A DNA stretch of 64,000 nucleotides from an uncultured Chloroflexia bacterium (lineage in GTDB: Bacteria > Chloroflexota > Limnocylindria > Limnocylindrales > CSP1-4), in the NCBI GenBank assembly GCA_963770795.1, contig CAVYQR010000002.1, positions 1,174,209-1,238,208 of the forward strand. Direction: 5' to 3'. The notes below the pieces were generated by a model, which did no database searches, had not been told where the DNA came from, and saw only the letters and a list, made by a program, of their open reading frames with translations. Positions 56,525 to 64,000 of this stretch are shown here, piece by piece. Position 1 is the first letter of the stretch. Each line of letters begins with the position of its first letter. The translations under genes were made by a program, and so were the position numbers.

Positions 56525-57766
56525 TCAGCGTCGTCTCCCTCGTCGGCCACCGCGCGAGCGGTTGGGCCGGATCGTCGATCGGGCGGATAGGTCACGGTCG
56601 ACGGCTTTCGAGCGCTCCGCCGCGCTCGTGGTTGGACCGGGGGCTATGGGCTTCGGTTCAGGCAGCTTGACCGGGAAGCGCGGGGCGTGATCGCGCACGA
56701 AGGCGGGTTGCCAGCCGAACAGGGGGAACAGCCCGCCGAAGCCGAGGACAAGGAACTGCTGGCCGATCTGGATGATCGTCGAGGCGATCCAGTAGAGGAA
56801 CAGGCCTGCCGGCATCACGCCGCCGTACAGGATGGAGATCAGGGGCAGGAAGTAGGCCATCTGCCGCTGGACCTTCACGTTGGAGTCGTCCGCCGTCCGC
56901 GGATCGATCGGCAGCAGCATCTGGCGCGAGGCCACGAGCTGGAACATCGACGAGAAGATGGCCAGGATCGCGATGCCGAAGCCGGCGATGTAGAGGCCGG
57001 TGGTCACCGGCTCCGGATAGCTCCAGTTGATCCCGAAGGCGACCGGGTTGAGGCAGGGGTTGATGACCTGGCCGGTTGCGTTGAAGACCGGCGCCGCGTC
57101 GCAGGTGATCTTGAGCGCTGCAGCAAGGTCGAAGCCGAAGATCTGCAGCATCGGCGTGATGTCGTAGTTGGTCAGGCCCTGGCTGATCACCGAGTACATC
57201 GGGATGAGGAGGAACATCTGGAGCATCGTGGGCAGGCAGCCGCCGGCCGGGTTGATGCCGCGCTGCTTGTAGAACTCGGAGACCGCGGCCTGCTGCTTGG
57301 CGCGATCGCCCTTGTACTTGCGCTGGATCTCCTTGACCTCGGGCTGGAGCATCTGCACCTGCCGCGAGGAGACGAGCTGCTTGCGGGTGAACGGGGTCGT
57401 GACCAGCTTGAGGACGACCGTGAGCAGGATGATCGCGACGGCGATGTTGCCGCCCACCAGCGTGTCGAGCAGCACCAGCACGATGAACAGGGTCTTGAAG
57501 ATCGGCGTGAACAGCCAGGCGAGGAGCTGCATCGGGTTGGCGCCCGGGGCGGCCGGCTCCAGGGGGGCCTGGCTGTAGCTGGGGGAGGGGTTCGGCGTCC
57601 CGCCGCCACCGCCCGTGCCCGGCACGCAGGCCGACACGATCAGCAACACGGCCACGAGGAACAGGACCGGCGCCAGCCGGACGAGGAGCCTCTGGAGGTG
57701 GGTCACGCGGTCGTTCTGCAGACGGGTCAAGCGGTTGCTCTCGTATCCGTTAGCGGACCGGGTCAT
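56525..57766 (-). CDS. yidC: membrane protein insertase YidC
   Basis: 60-kDa inner-membrane insertase family. Follows yidD. Confidence 0.9.
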   Translation of the reverse strand: MTRSANGYESNRLTRLQNDRVTHLQRLLVRLAPVLFLVAVLLIVSACVPGTGGGGGTPNPSPSYSQAPLEPAAPGANPMQLLAWLFTPIFKTLFIVLVLLDTLVGGNIAVAIILLTVVLKLVTTPFTRKQLVSSRQVQMLQPEVKEIQRKYKGDRAKQQAAVSEFYKQRGINPAGGCLPTMLQMFLLIPMYSVISQGLTNYDITPMLQIFGFDLAAALKITCDAAPVFNATGQVINPCLNPVAFGINWSYPEPVTTGLYIAGFGIAILAIFSSMFQLVASRQMLLPIDPRTADDSNVKVQRQMAYFLPLISILYGGVMPAGLFLYWIASTIIQIGQQFLVLGFGGLFPLFGWQPAFVRDHAPRFPVKLPEPKPIAPGPTTSAAERSKAVDRDLSARSTIRPNRSRGGRRGRRR

Positions 57767-57968
57767 AGCCGCCCGGATTCCAGGGGTGGCACCGGCTGAT
57801 GCGCCTGGCGCCCATCCAGGATCCGCGCAGCAGCCCGTATTTCTGGATCGCCTGCTCGGTGTAGCGCGAGCACGAGGGTTCGAACCGGCAGCCCGAGGGC
57901 AACCAGGCGAAGACGATGCGGTACAGCCGGATCAGCCCTACCCCGATCGACACCCCGAACTGTCTCAC
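57750..57968 (-). CDS. yidD: membrane protein insertion efficiency factor YidD
   Basis: 72 aa with the [10 protein letters not shown] motif. Confidence 0.88.
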   Translation of the reverse strand: MRQFGVSIGVGLIRLYRIVFAWLPSGCRFEPSCSRYTEQAIQKYGLLRGSWMGARRISRCHPWNPGGYDPVR

Positions 57969-58300
57969 GACTCCGTTCGACCTCCGAGCACGCCTCCCGA
58001 ACGGAGGACCCGGCGCAATGCCCCGACCAGCGCGTCGTGGTCTGCCTCGACGATCGCAGGCCGGGCGATGATGAGGACGTCCCAGCCGGGCTGGAACGAG
58101 GGCGCCATCGCCCTGAGAACCTCGCGGATCCGGCGCCGGGCGCGGTTCCGGATCACGGCTCCTCCGAGCCGCTTGCCGGTGGCGAGCCCGAACCGGGTCT
58201 GGTCAAGGTCGGTCCGGGCGAAGCGTCCGACCAGCAGGGGGTGCGTCTTGGCAACGCCTTCCTCCGCCAGCCTGACAAAATCTCCCGGGCGGGAGAGCAT
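57965..58300 (-). CDS. rnpA: ribonuclease P protein component RnpA
   Basis: C-terminal 111 aa of ORF 57965..58774 match RnpA (RNR motif region [12 protein letters not shown]). ATG at 58300 chosen, but homology extends ~14 aa further upstream with no canonical start. Confidence 0.7.
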   Translation of the reverse strand: MLSRPGDFVRLAEEGVAKTHPLLVGRFARTDLDQTRFGLATGKRLGGAVIRNRARRRIREVLRAMAPSFQPGWDVLIIARPAIVEADHDALVGALRRVLRSGGVLGGRTES

Positions 58301-58335
58301 GACGAGCCGCAGCGTGTTGTGACTGCGCCCGTCGG

Positions 58336-58473
58336 TCAGGCCGAGAGCTTTTGCCGGCCCTTCGCGCGCCGCGTTGCGAGCACGCGTCGGCCGCCCGGTG
58401 TTCTCATGCGGGCGCGGAACCCGTGTTCCTTGGCGCGGTGTCGCTTCTTGGGCTGAAATGTCGGCTTGCCCAT
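58336..58473 (-). CDS. rpmH: 50S ribosomal protein L34
   Basis: Manually translated as [45 protein letters not shown]. Not in ORF track (<60 aa). Confidence 0.9.
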   Translation of the reverse strand: MGKPTFQPKKRHRAKEHGFRARMRTPGGRRVLATRRAKGRQKLSA

Positions 58474-58987
58474 CGGGACTGTCCGTGATCCTCTCCATCC
58501 AGCCTTGGGACCCGGAAGCTCCGACCCCTAGAGGCACGCAAACGCGCCGAGCGCACAGAAGCGCGGCGGCGCGTGTTCGTCCGACGGATGATATGACCCA
58601 ATCCGACGGGGTGTCAAACGGGTGCCGGTGGTCCTGGCCGATCATTGGTCGCTGGTCCTGACGCCACCGCCGGAGGACGCGCGGTGGTACGCGGGGCTCA
58701 CGGTTCGGAACGGGCGTGCGCCCCTCGATGCGCCGGGCGCGGGAGCCCGCACGATACCCAGGGGGGGTATGCACGAATCGCCTTGCCGGGCCCCCGAGGG
58801 GCGGTGTATTGTTCGGCAGCCTTCAGGCGTCGGGACGCCGCGAGAGGCCCGGGAACAGATCGCTCCCGGGCCCCCGAGGGGCACGTGTTGAGATCTCGTC
58901 CGCGGCACCGGGAGCCATCTCCTCGCCCGCGTCCGTGGTCGGCCTTTACCCATCGCAGCCTTCATCAACCCAGGGTCACGATCGCAG

Positions 58988-60352
58988 ATGGACGCGAAGC
59001 AGGTCTGGCGCGCGGCGCTCGGCGAGCTGCAGGTCTCCCTGTCGCCGGCCAATTTCGAGACCTGGCTTCGTGACACCCATCTCGTGGACGTGGACGACCA
59101 GCTGTTCCGCATCGCGGTCCCCAATGGCTTCGCGAAGGACTGGCTCGAGTCGCGGTACCGGTCGCTGATCTCCCAGACGCTCGCTCGCGTGGTCGGCTAC
59201 AGCGTCCAGGTCGAGTTCGTCGTGACCGCGGGCACCGAGGCCCAGACGCAGGCCACCACCGTCGCCGCGCAGCCCGTGCGGGTGGAGCCCACGCGCGTCG
59301 GAGCCCAGGAGGGCGCCGGCGGGGGCGCGACGTACCTCAATGCGCGCTACACGTTCTCGAACTTCATCGTGGGATCGGCCAACCGCCTGGCCCACGCGGC
59401 CTCGCTGTCCGTGGCGGAGCGGCCGGGGCACGCCTACAACCCGCTCTTCCTGTACGGCGGGGTGGGCCTGGGCAAGACGCACCTGATGCATGCCATCGGG
59501 AATGCGGTCGTGGCGAAGTTTCCGCGCAAGCGCGTGGTCTATGCCACGTCCGAGAAGTTCACGAACGAGTTCATCACCTCGATCCAGCAGGGCCGCATCG
59601 ACGAGTTCCGTGCCCGCTATCGGCGGATCGACCTGCTTCTGATCGACGACATCCAGTTCATCGCGGACAAGGAGCGGACGCAGGAAGAGTTCTTCCATAC
59701 GTTCAACGCGATCCACGAGGACGGCAAGCAGATCGTCCTGTCCTCGGACCGGCCGCCCAAGGGAATCCTCACGCTCGAGGAACGGCTCCGGAGCCGCTTC
59801 GAGTGGGGCCTGATCGCGGACCTCACGGCGCCCGACCTGGAGACGCGGATCGCAATCCTGCGCGCCAAGGCCGAGGAGCAGGGAACGCCCATCACCCCGG
59901 ACGTCATCGAGTTCGTTGCCCGCAAGGTGGTCTCGAACATCCGGGAGCTCGAGGGGGCGCTCAACCGGATCGTCGCCTACGCCTCCATGGGCGCGATGCC
60001 GGTCTCGATCGAGCTTGCCCAGGCCGTGCTCTCAAACGTGCTCTACAACCCCAAGAAGCGCCAGGTCACCCCGGAGCGGATCGCCCAGGCGGTCTCGGAC
60101 TACTACGGCGTCGGCATGGACGCGCTCCAGGGGCAGAAGCGCGAGCGGAGCATCGTCGTGCCGCGCCAGATCGCCATGTACCTGATGCGCGAGGAGACGG
60201 ACGTCTCGCTCCTGCGCATCGGCGCGGAGCTGGGCGGGCGGGATCACTCCACGGTCCTGCACGCCTGCGGCAAGATCAACCGCGAGATGCAGGTCAACGA
60301 CGAGCTGCGCCGCGAGGTTGCTGCTGTCCGGGAGCTGATCTACTCCGAGTGA
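58988..60352 (+). CDS. dnaA: chromosomal replication initiator protein DnaA
   Basis: AAA+ Walker A GGVGLGKTHL, sensor motifs, C-terminal DnaA-box-binding domain (VLHACGKI). Confidence 0.97.
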   Translation: MDAKQVWRAALGELQVSLSPANFETWLRDTHLVDVDDQLFRIAVPNGFAKDWLESRYRSLISQTLARVVGYSVQVEFVVTAGTEAQTQATTVAAQPVRVEPTRVGAQEGAGGGATYLNARYTFSNFIVGSANRLAHAASLSVAERPGHAYNPLFLYGGVGLGKTHLMHAIGNAVVAKFPRKRVVYATSEKFTNEFITSIQQGRIDEFRARYRRIDLLLIDDIQFIADKERTQEEFFHTFNAIHEDGKQIVLSSDRPPKGILTLEERLRSRFEWGLIADLTAPDLETRIAILRAKAEEQGTPITPDVIEFVARKVVSNIRELEGALNRIVAYASMGAMPVSIELAQAVLSNVLYNPKKRQVTPERIAQAVSDYYGVGMDALQGQKRERSIVVPRQIAMYLMREETDVSLLRIGAELGGRDHSTVLHACGKINREMQVNDELRREVAAVRELIYSE

Positions 60353-60795
60353 GCCGCGGGGCCTTCCTGCCGCCGCGCCCCAGCCTCACGGGATCCGGCG
60401 TCGCCTTGCGTCATCTGGGATCGTTGCCGCCCTCCGGGGATAGCCCGTGGACAAGCCCCCTATCCGGTGGGTTCGGCGCCGGGGATCCGGGGATGCCTCC
60501 GGGGACAACCTGGGCATCGTCGGGTTCCCTGGGGACAACTCCGCCGGGTCGACCGCTGCATCCACCACTCCCTCCCCGAGCGATCCCCGGGTTGGCCCGC
60601 GCGGGTCCACGGCCGGACGCCTGCTGTGCACACCGCGATCCCGCACGGATGAGCGTGTCCATCCACTGGATCCACGGCATGATGATGATGATGATGGAAT
60701 GAGAAGATAGAACGAATCATTCCACTCGCCCGGCCCCCCACCCCGCGGGCGTGGACGCCTTAGCCTGCCCGAAGCGCTGCTGGAGACAACCCGAC
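60353..60795. other. putative oriC: cluster of degenerate DnaA-box-like repeats plus AT-rich DNA-unwinding element in the dnaA-dnaN intergenic region
   Basis: Repeats GGGGATAGC, GTGGACAAG (60447..60455), CCTATCCGG, GGGGATCCGGGGATGC, GGGGACAAC x2, TGGATCCAC, followed by ATGATGATGATGATGGAATGAGAAGATAGAACGAATCATTCC (60679..60724), strongly AT-rich in a 70% GC background. Confidence 0.7.
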
Positions 60796-61911
60796 GTGAA
60801 ACTCTCGGTCATGCAAGAGAACCTGGCCCGCGGCCTGTCCGTGGTCTCCCGGGCGGTCTCGAGCCGGAGCACCCTTCCCGTTCTCGCAAACGTGCTCCTC
60901 CGGACAGAGGACGCCGGCCTCAAGCTGACAGCCACGAACCTCGAGATAGGCATCACCTACTGGGTGCCCGGCAAGATCGAGACGGACGGCGCCACCACGG
61001 TCCCGGCGCGCCTCCTCACGGATCTCGTCGGCTCGCTGCCGGGCTCGGAGAAGGTAGACCTGGAGCTCCAGGGTGCCGACATGCTTCACCTCCGCTGCGG
61101 CCGCTTCGCGACCCACGTCAAGGGGATCGATGCGGACGAGTTCCCAACGATCCAGACCGCCGGCGAGCGACCGACCACCAGGATCTCCCAGAAGGTCCTG
61201 AAGAGGGCGTTGGACGAGACGGCCTTCGCCGCCGCAAGCGACGAGGCGCGCCCGATCCTCACCGGCGTCATGGCCAAGTTCGAGGGCAGCCGGCTGACCC
61301 TCGCCGCAGCCGACAACTACCGGATCGCGGTGCGGACGATCGACATCCTGGACCCTGTCGAGGCAACCTCGGTCGTTATCCCCGCCCGCGCCCTCAACGA
61401 GCTGGGCCGGATCCTGTCGGACACAGACGATCCCGTGGAGCTGGTCCTCGCCACGACCCGCAACCAGGTCCTGTTCCACCTGGATGGCGTCGACCTGGTG
61501 TCGCGCCTGATAGACGGCCAGTTCCCCAACTACCAGCAGGTGCTGCCGGCAAGCCATGCAAGCCGAGCGGAGTTCGATCGCGAGGAGCTGCTGCGAGCGG
61601 TGCGGCCGGCGGCCCTGATCGCCAGCTCGTCGGCCAACATCGTGAAGCTCCAGGTGGGTGACGAGGGTTCGGGTATCACGGTGACGGCGACCGCCGAGGT
61701 CGGCGACTATACCGGCGACGTGGAAGCCACGGTCGAGGGCGATCCGACCACGATCGCGTTCAATGCCCGATACCTCAACGACGTCCTGGGCAACGTGAGC
61801 GCGGACCGCTTCTCGCTGGAGCTCAACGGCCCCCTGTCGCCGGGGGTCTTCCGGCCGGTGGGCGACGACGCGTACGTCCACGTCGTGATGCCCGTCCGGA
61901 CCACCTCCTGA
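60796..61911 (+). CDS. dnaN: DNA polymerase III beta sliding clamp
   Basis: GTG 60796 (KLSVMQENLARGLSVV aligns with the canonical DnaN N-terminus). Three clamp domains. Confidence 0.95.
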   Translation: MKLSVMQENLARGLSVVSRAVSSRSTLPVLANVLLRTEDAGLKLTATNLEIGITYWVPGKIETDGATTVPARLLTDLVGSLPGSEKVDLELQGADMLHLRCGRFATHVKGIDADEFPTIQTAGERPTTRISQKVLKRALDETAFAAASDEARPILTGVMAKFEGSRLTLAAADNYRIAVRTIDILDPVEATSVVIPARALNELGRILSDTDDPVELVLATTRNQVLFHLDGVDLVSRLIDGQFPNYQQVLPASHASRAEFDREELLRAVRPAALIASSSANIVKLQVGDEGSGITVTATAEVGDYTGDVEATVEGDPTTIAFNARYLNDVLGNVSADRFSLELNGPLSPGVFRPVGDDAYVHVVMPVRTTS

Positions 61912-61967
61912 CGGACGCGGTAACGGACCCGCTGCTCGGATCGCCGCCGCCGAGACGGTCGACGCCG

Positions 61968-63119
61968 ATCCTCCACGGGCTGTCGATCCGCGATCTCCGC
62001 GGGTACGCGGCGCTCGACGCCGTATTCGACCCCGGCCCGCAGCTTGTCTGGGGCCCCAACGCCGCCGGCAAGACCAGCCTGCTCGAGGCGATCGTCCTGC
62101 TGGCATGGGGTCGCTCCCACCGCACCAGCGCGGATGCGGAGCTCGTCCGGTGGGGGCAGGAGCTTGCCCGTGCCGAAGCCCGGGTCGGCCGACCGGAGAC
62201 GCTGCCCGAGGCGCGGGACGCGGTCGAGGTGGCGCTCGTCAGGACGGCCGCTGGCGGTGCGCGGAAGCGGATCCGGGTGAACGGTGTGGCTCGCCGCGCG
62301 GCGTCGCTGGCAGGCGTGCTGAGGACGGTGATGTTCGCGCCCGAGGACATGCTGCTGATCGCCGGCTCACCGTCCCTGCGTCGCGAGGCGCTGGACCGTC
62401 TCGCCGGCGTGCGATCGCCGGCCTACGTCCGGGACCTGTCCACCTACGGCAGAGCCCTCCAGCAGCGGAACGGCTTGCTGCGCCGGATCCGCGAGGAGGG
62501 GGCGACGCGCGCGGAGCTCAGGTTCTGGGACGACACGCTCATCGAGGCCGGGGCGGCCGTCCGCGAGGAACGTGCCCGGCTGCTCGAGGCCCTGTCTGGC
62601 CCGCTGGCTGCCGCCCACGCGGAGATCGCCCCTGACGAGGCCGCGGCCGGCCCCCTGGCGCTGGCCTACGCGACCAACGCGCCCCAGCAGCCGGGCGAGC
62701 CCACGCGCCATGCCCTCGCCCGGCGCCTCGCGGAGACCGCCGACAAGGAGGTCTGGAACGGATCGACGCTGATCGGGCCGCACCGGGACGACATCGTGTT
62801 CGAGCTGGGCGGGCGGCCTCTGGCGTCGTTCGCGTCCCGCGGCCAGCAGCGCACGGCGATCCTCGCCTTCAAGCTGGCTGAGCTCGACCTGCTCACCATC
62901 CTCGACGGCCGGCCGCCGCTGCTGCTCCTGGACGACGTCTTCTCGGAGCTGGACCCCGAGAGGCGCTCCCACCTCGTGCGACGGATCGCGGAGCTGCCGC
63001 AGGCCTTTGTCACCACGACGACCCTGGACGACCTCGATCCCGCCCTGCGCTCGGTCGGGACGGCGTGGGCGGTGGTGGCCGCCGCCGACGGGACGGCGCA
63101 CCTCCGGCGCGAGGGCTGA
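61968..63119 (+). CDS. recF: DNA replication/repair protein RecF (N-terminus without canonical start codon)
   Basis: Homology including Walker A (GPNAAGKTSLLEA) begins at ~61968 (ILHGLSIRDLRGY...), but the first ATG/GTG/TTG in frame is at 62229. ABC-ATPase signature and Walker B downstream. Confidence 0.75.
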   Translation: MLHGLSIRDLRGYAALDAVFDPGPQLVWGPNAAGKTSLLEAIVLLAWGRSHRTSADAELVRWGQELARAEARVGRPETLPEARDAVEVALVRTAAGGARKRIRVNGVARRAASLAGVLRTVMFAPEDMLLIAGSPSLRREALDRLAGVRSPAYVRDLSTYGRALQQRNGLLRRIREEGATRAELRFWDDTLIEAGAAVREERARLLEALSGPLAAAHAEIAPDEAAAGPLALAYATNAPQQPGEPTRHALARRLAETADKEVWNGSTLIGPHRDDIVFELGGRPLASFASRGQQRTAILAFKLAELDLLTILDGRPPLLLLDDVFSELDPERRSHLVRRIAELPQAFVTTTTLDDLDPALRSVGTAWAVVAAADGTAHLRREG

Positions 63120-63129
63120 GCGTGCTCCG

Positions 63130-63483
63130 ATGACCGACGATCCCGAGCCCCCCGGCCGCCGGCGCCGCCCGGACCGCATCGGTGACCTGCTGCCCGAGGC
63201 CGCCCGGCGTCTGGGACTGGAGTCGGAGCTGCGCCTGGCCAGGGCGATCGCCACCTGGGACGCGCTGGTCGCCGAGCGCGTGCCGCCGGCCGTGGGTGCG
63301 TGCCGCCTGGTCCGGCTGGAGGCGGACGCGATCGTCGTCGCGGTGGACGAGCCAATCGTCGCGGCAGAGCTGCGCATGAGGGCGTTGGAGCTGCTCCAGG
63401 CGTTCGCTTCGGCGCCCGGCGGCGCCCGGGTCAGGCACCTTCACCTGCTGGGCGCGGAGCGGGAGCCCGGGCCCCGCCGGTGA
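63130..63483 (+). CDS. dciA: DUF721-domain protein (DciA-like, the conserved gene following recF in Actinobacteria)
   Basis: 117 aa. DUF721-like pattern (IGDLLPEAARRLGL...WDALVAERV...LVRLEADAIVVAVDEPIVAAEL). Confidence 0.7.
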   Translation: MTDDPEPPGRRRRPDRIGDLLPEAARRLGLESELRLARAIATWDALVAERVPPAVGACRLVRLEADAIVVAVDEPIVAAELRMRALELLQAFASAPGGARVRHLHLLGAEREPGPRR

Positions 63484-63586
63484 CCGTGGGTATAATCCGG
63501 GTCCCGCTGCGGAGGGGGACGTCGTCGCGCCACCCGACGCCACCGACGCACGCCGTTCCACCCACGAGGGTCGCCCATTGGCCGTC

Positions 63587-64000
63587 CGCCTCCAGCTGAA
63601 GCTCGGCGCCGTCACGGAGCAGGATCGGCTTCCGGATTCGCCCGACTCGGTCGTGGTCGTGGAGCCGTCGGTTGGATCCGTGGGGCGAACCAAGGGCAAC
63701 CTGTATCTGCTCGTGACCTCGCGGCTGAGCGGCCCGCGCGCCCGGGAGGCGACCCGGGTCGTCGCCGACACGATCCGCAACGAGTACTACTACGACGAGT
63801 CCGCGGGCATCCGCCAGTGCCTCATCAAGGTGCTCGGGGTCGCCAACAAGCGCCTCGCCCACCAGCGGGAACGGTACGGGCTGGGACACCAGGCGGACGG
63901 CGCGGGGCCGATCGGCGTGGCGGTCGCCGTAGTCCGGGGACGCGAGCTCTACGTCGCGACCGTCGGCCCGGCGGAGGCCTACCTCATCCGCCAGGCGCGG
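63587..64000 (+). CDS. partial CDS (3' end beyond window), possibly a PP2C/SpoIIE-like phosphatase domain protein
   Basis: Open frame from TTG ~63587 to window end. Weak resemblance to SpoIIE-type PP2C domain. Low support. Confidence 0.25.

Noticed and set aside
57965-58774. Long 269-aa version of rnpA ORF
   Set aside because: Only the C-terminal ~111-125 residues resemble RnpA. The upstream part overlaps rpmH on the same strand in another frame and is non-homologous.

Overview
This is a high-GC (~70%) chromosomal window from what looks like an actinobacterium, spanning the replication-origin neighbourhood. The origin core is present and co-linear: rpmH-rnpA-yidD-yidC-jag on the minus strand, then dnaA, an oriC-like dnaA-dnaN intergenic region (degenerate DnaA-box repeats plus a sharply AT-rich stretch), dnaN, recF and dciA (DUF721). 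parA-parB with two consensus parS sites are not next to dnaA. They sit about 39 kb away, directly upstream of gyrB-gyrA-prs. The rest of the window is housekeeping and metabolism: a znuC-znuB-zur-znuA metal-uptake operon, a ferric-reductase-like membrane protein and an ApbE flavin transferase, ribokinase, an ABC transporter whose ATPase carries an N-terminal PLDc_N membrane domain (YxlE/YxlF-like fusion), rpmE-rpmA-rplU, rodA-mrdA-mreD, secA, prfB (programmed +1 frameshift site visible) with ftsE-ftsX-ctpA-smpB, urease ureAB-ureC without accessory genes, trehalose synthesis genes glgX-treY-treZ, tmRNA (ssrA), and a P1B-5 ATPase with a C-terminal hemerythrin domain. I found no transposases, integrases or CRISPR arrays. 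Several genes show apparent frameshifts or missing canonical starts (treZ, prfB, recF, apbE). These are either pseudogenes or sequence errors. Most long antisense ORFs in the six-frame track are GC-driven artefacts.
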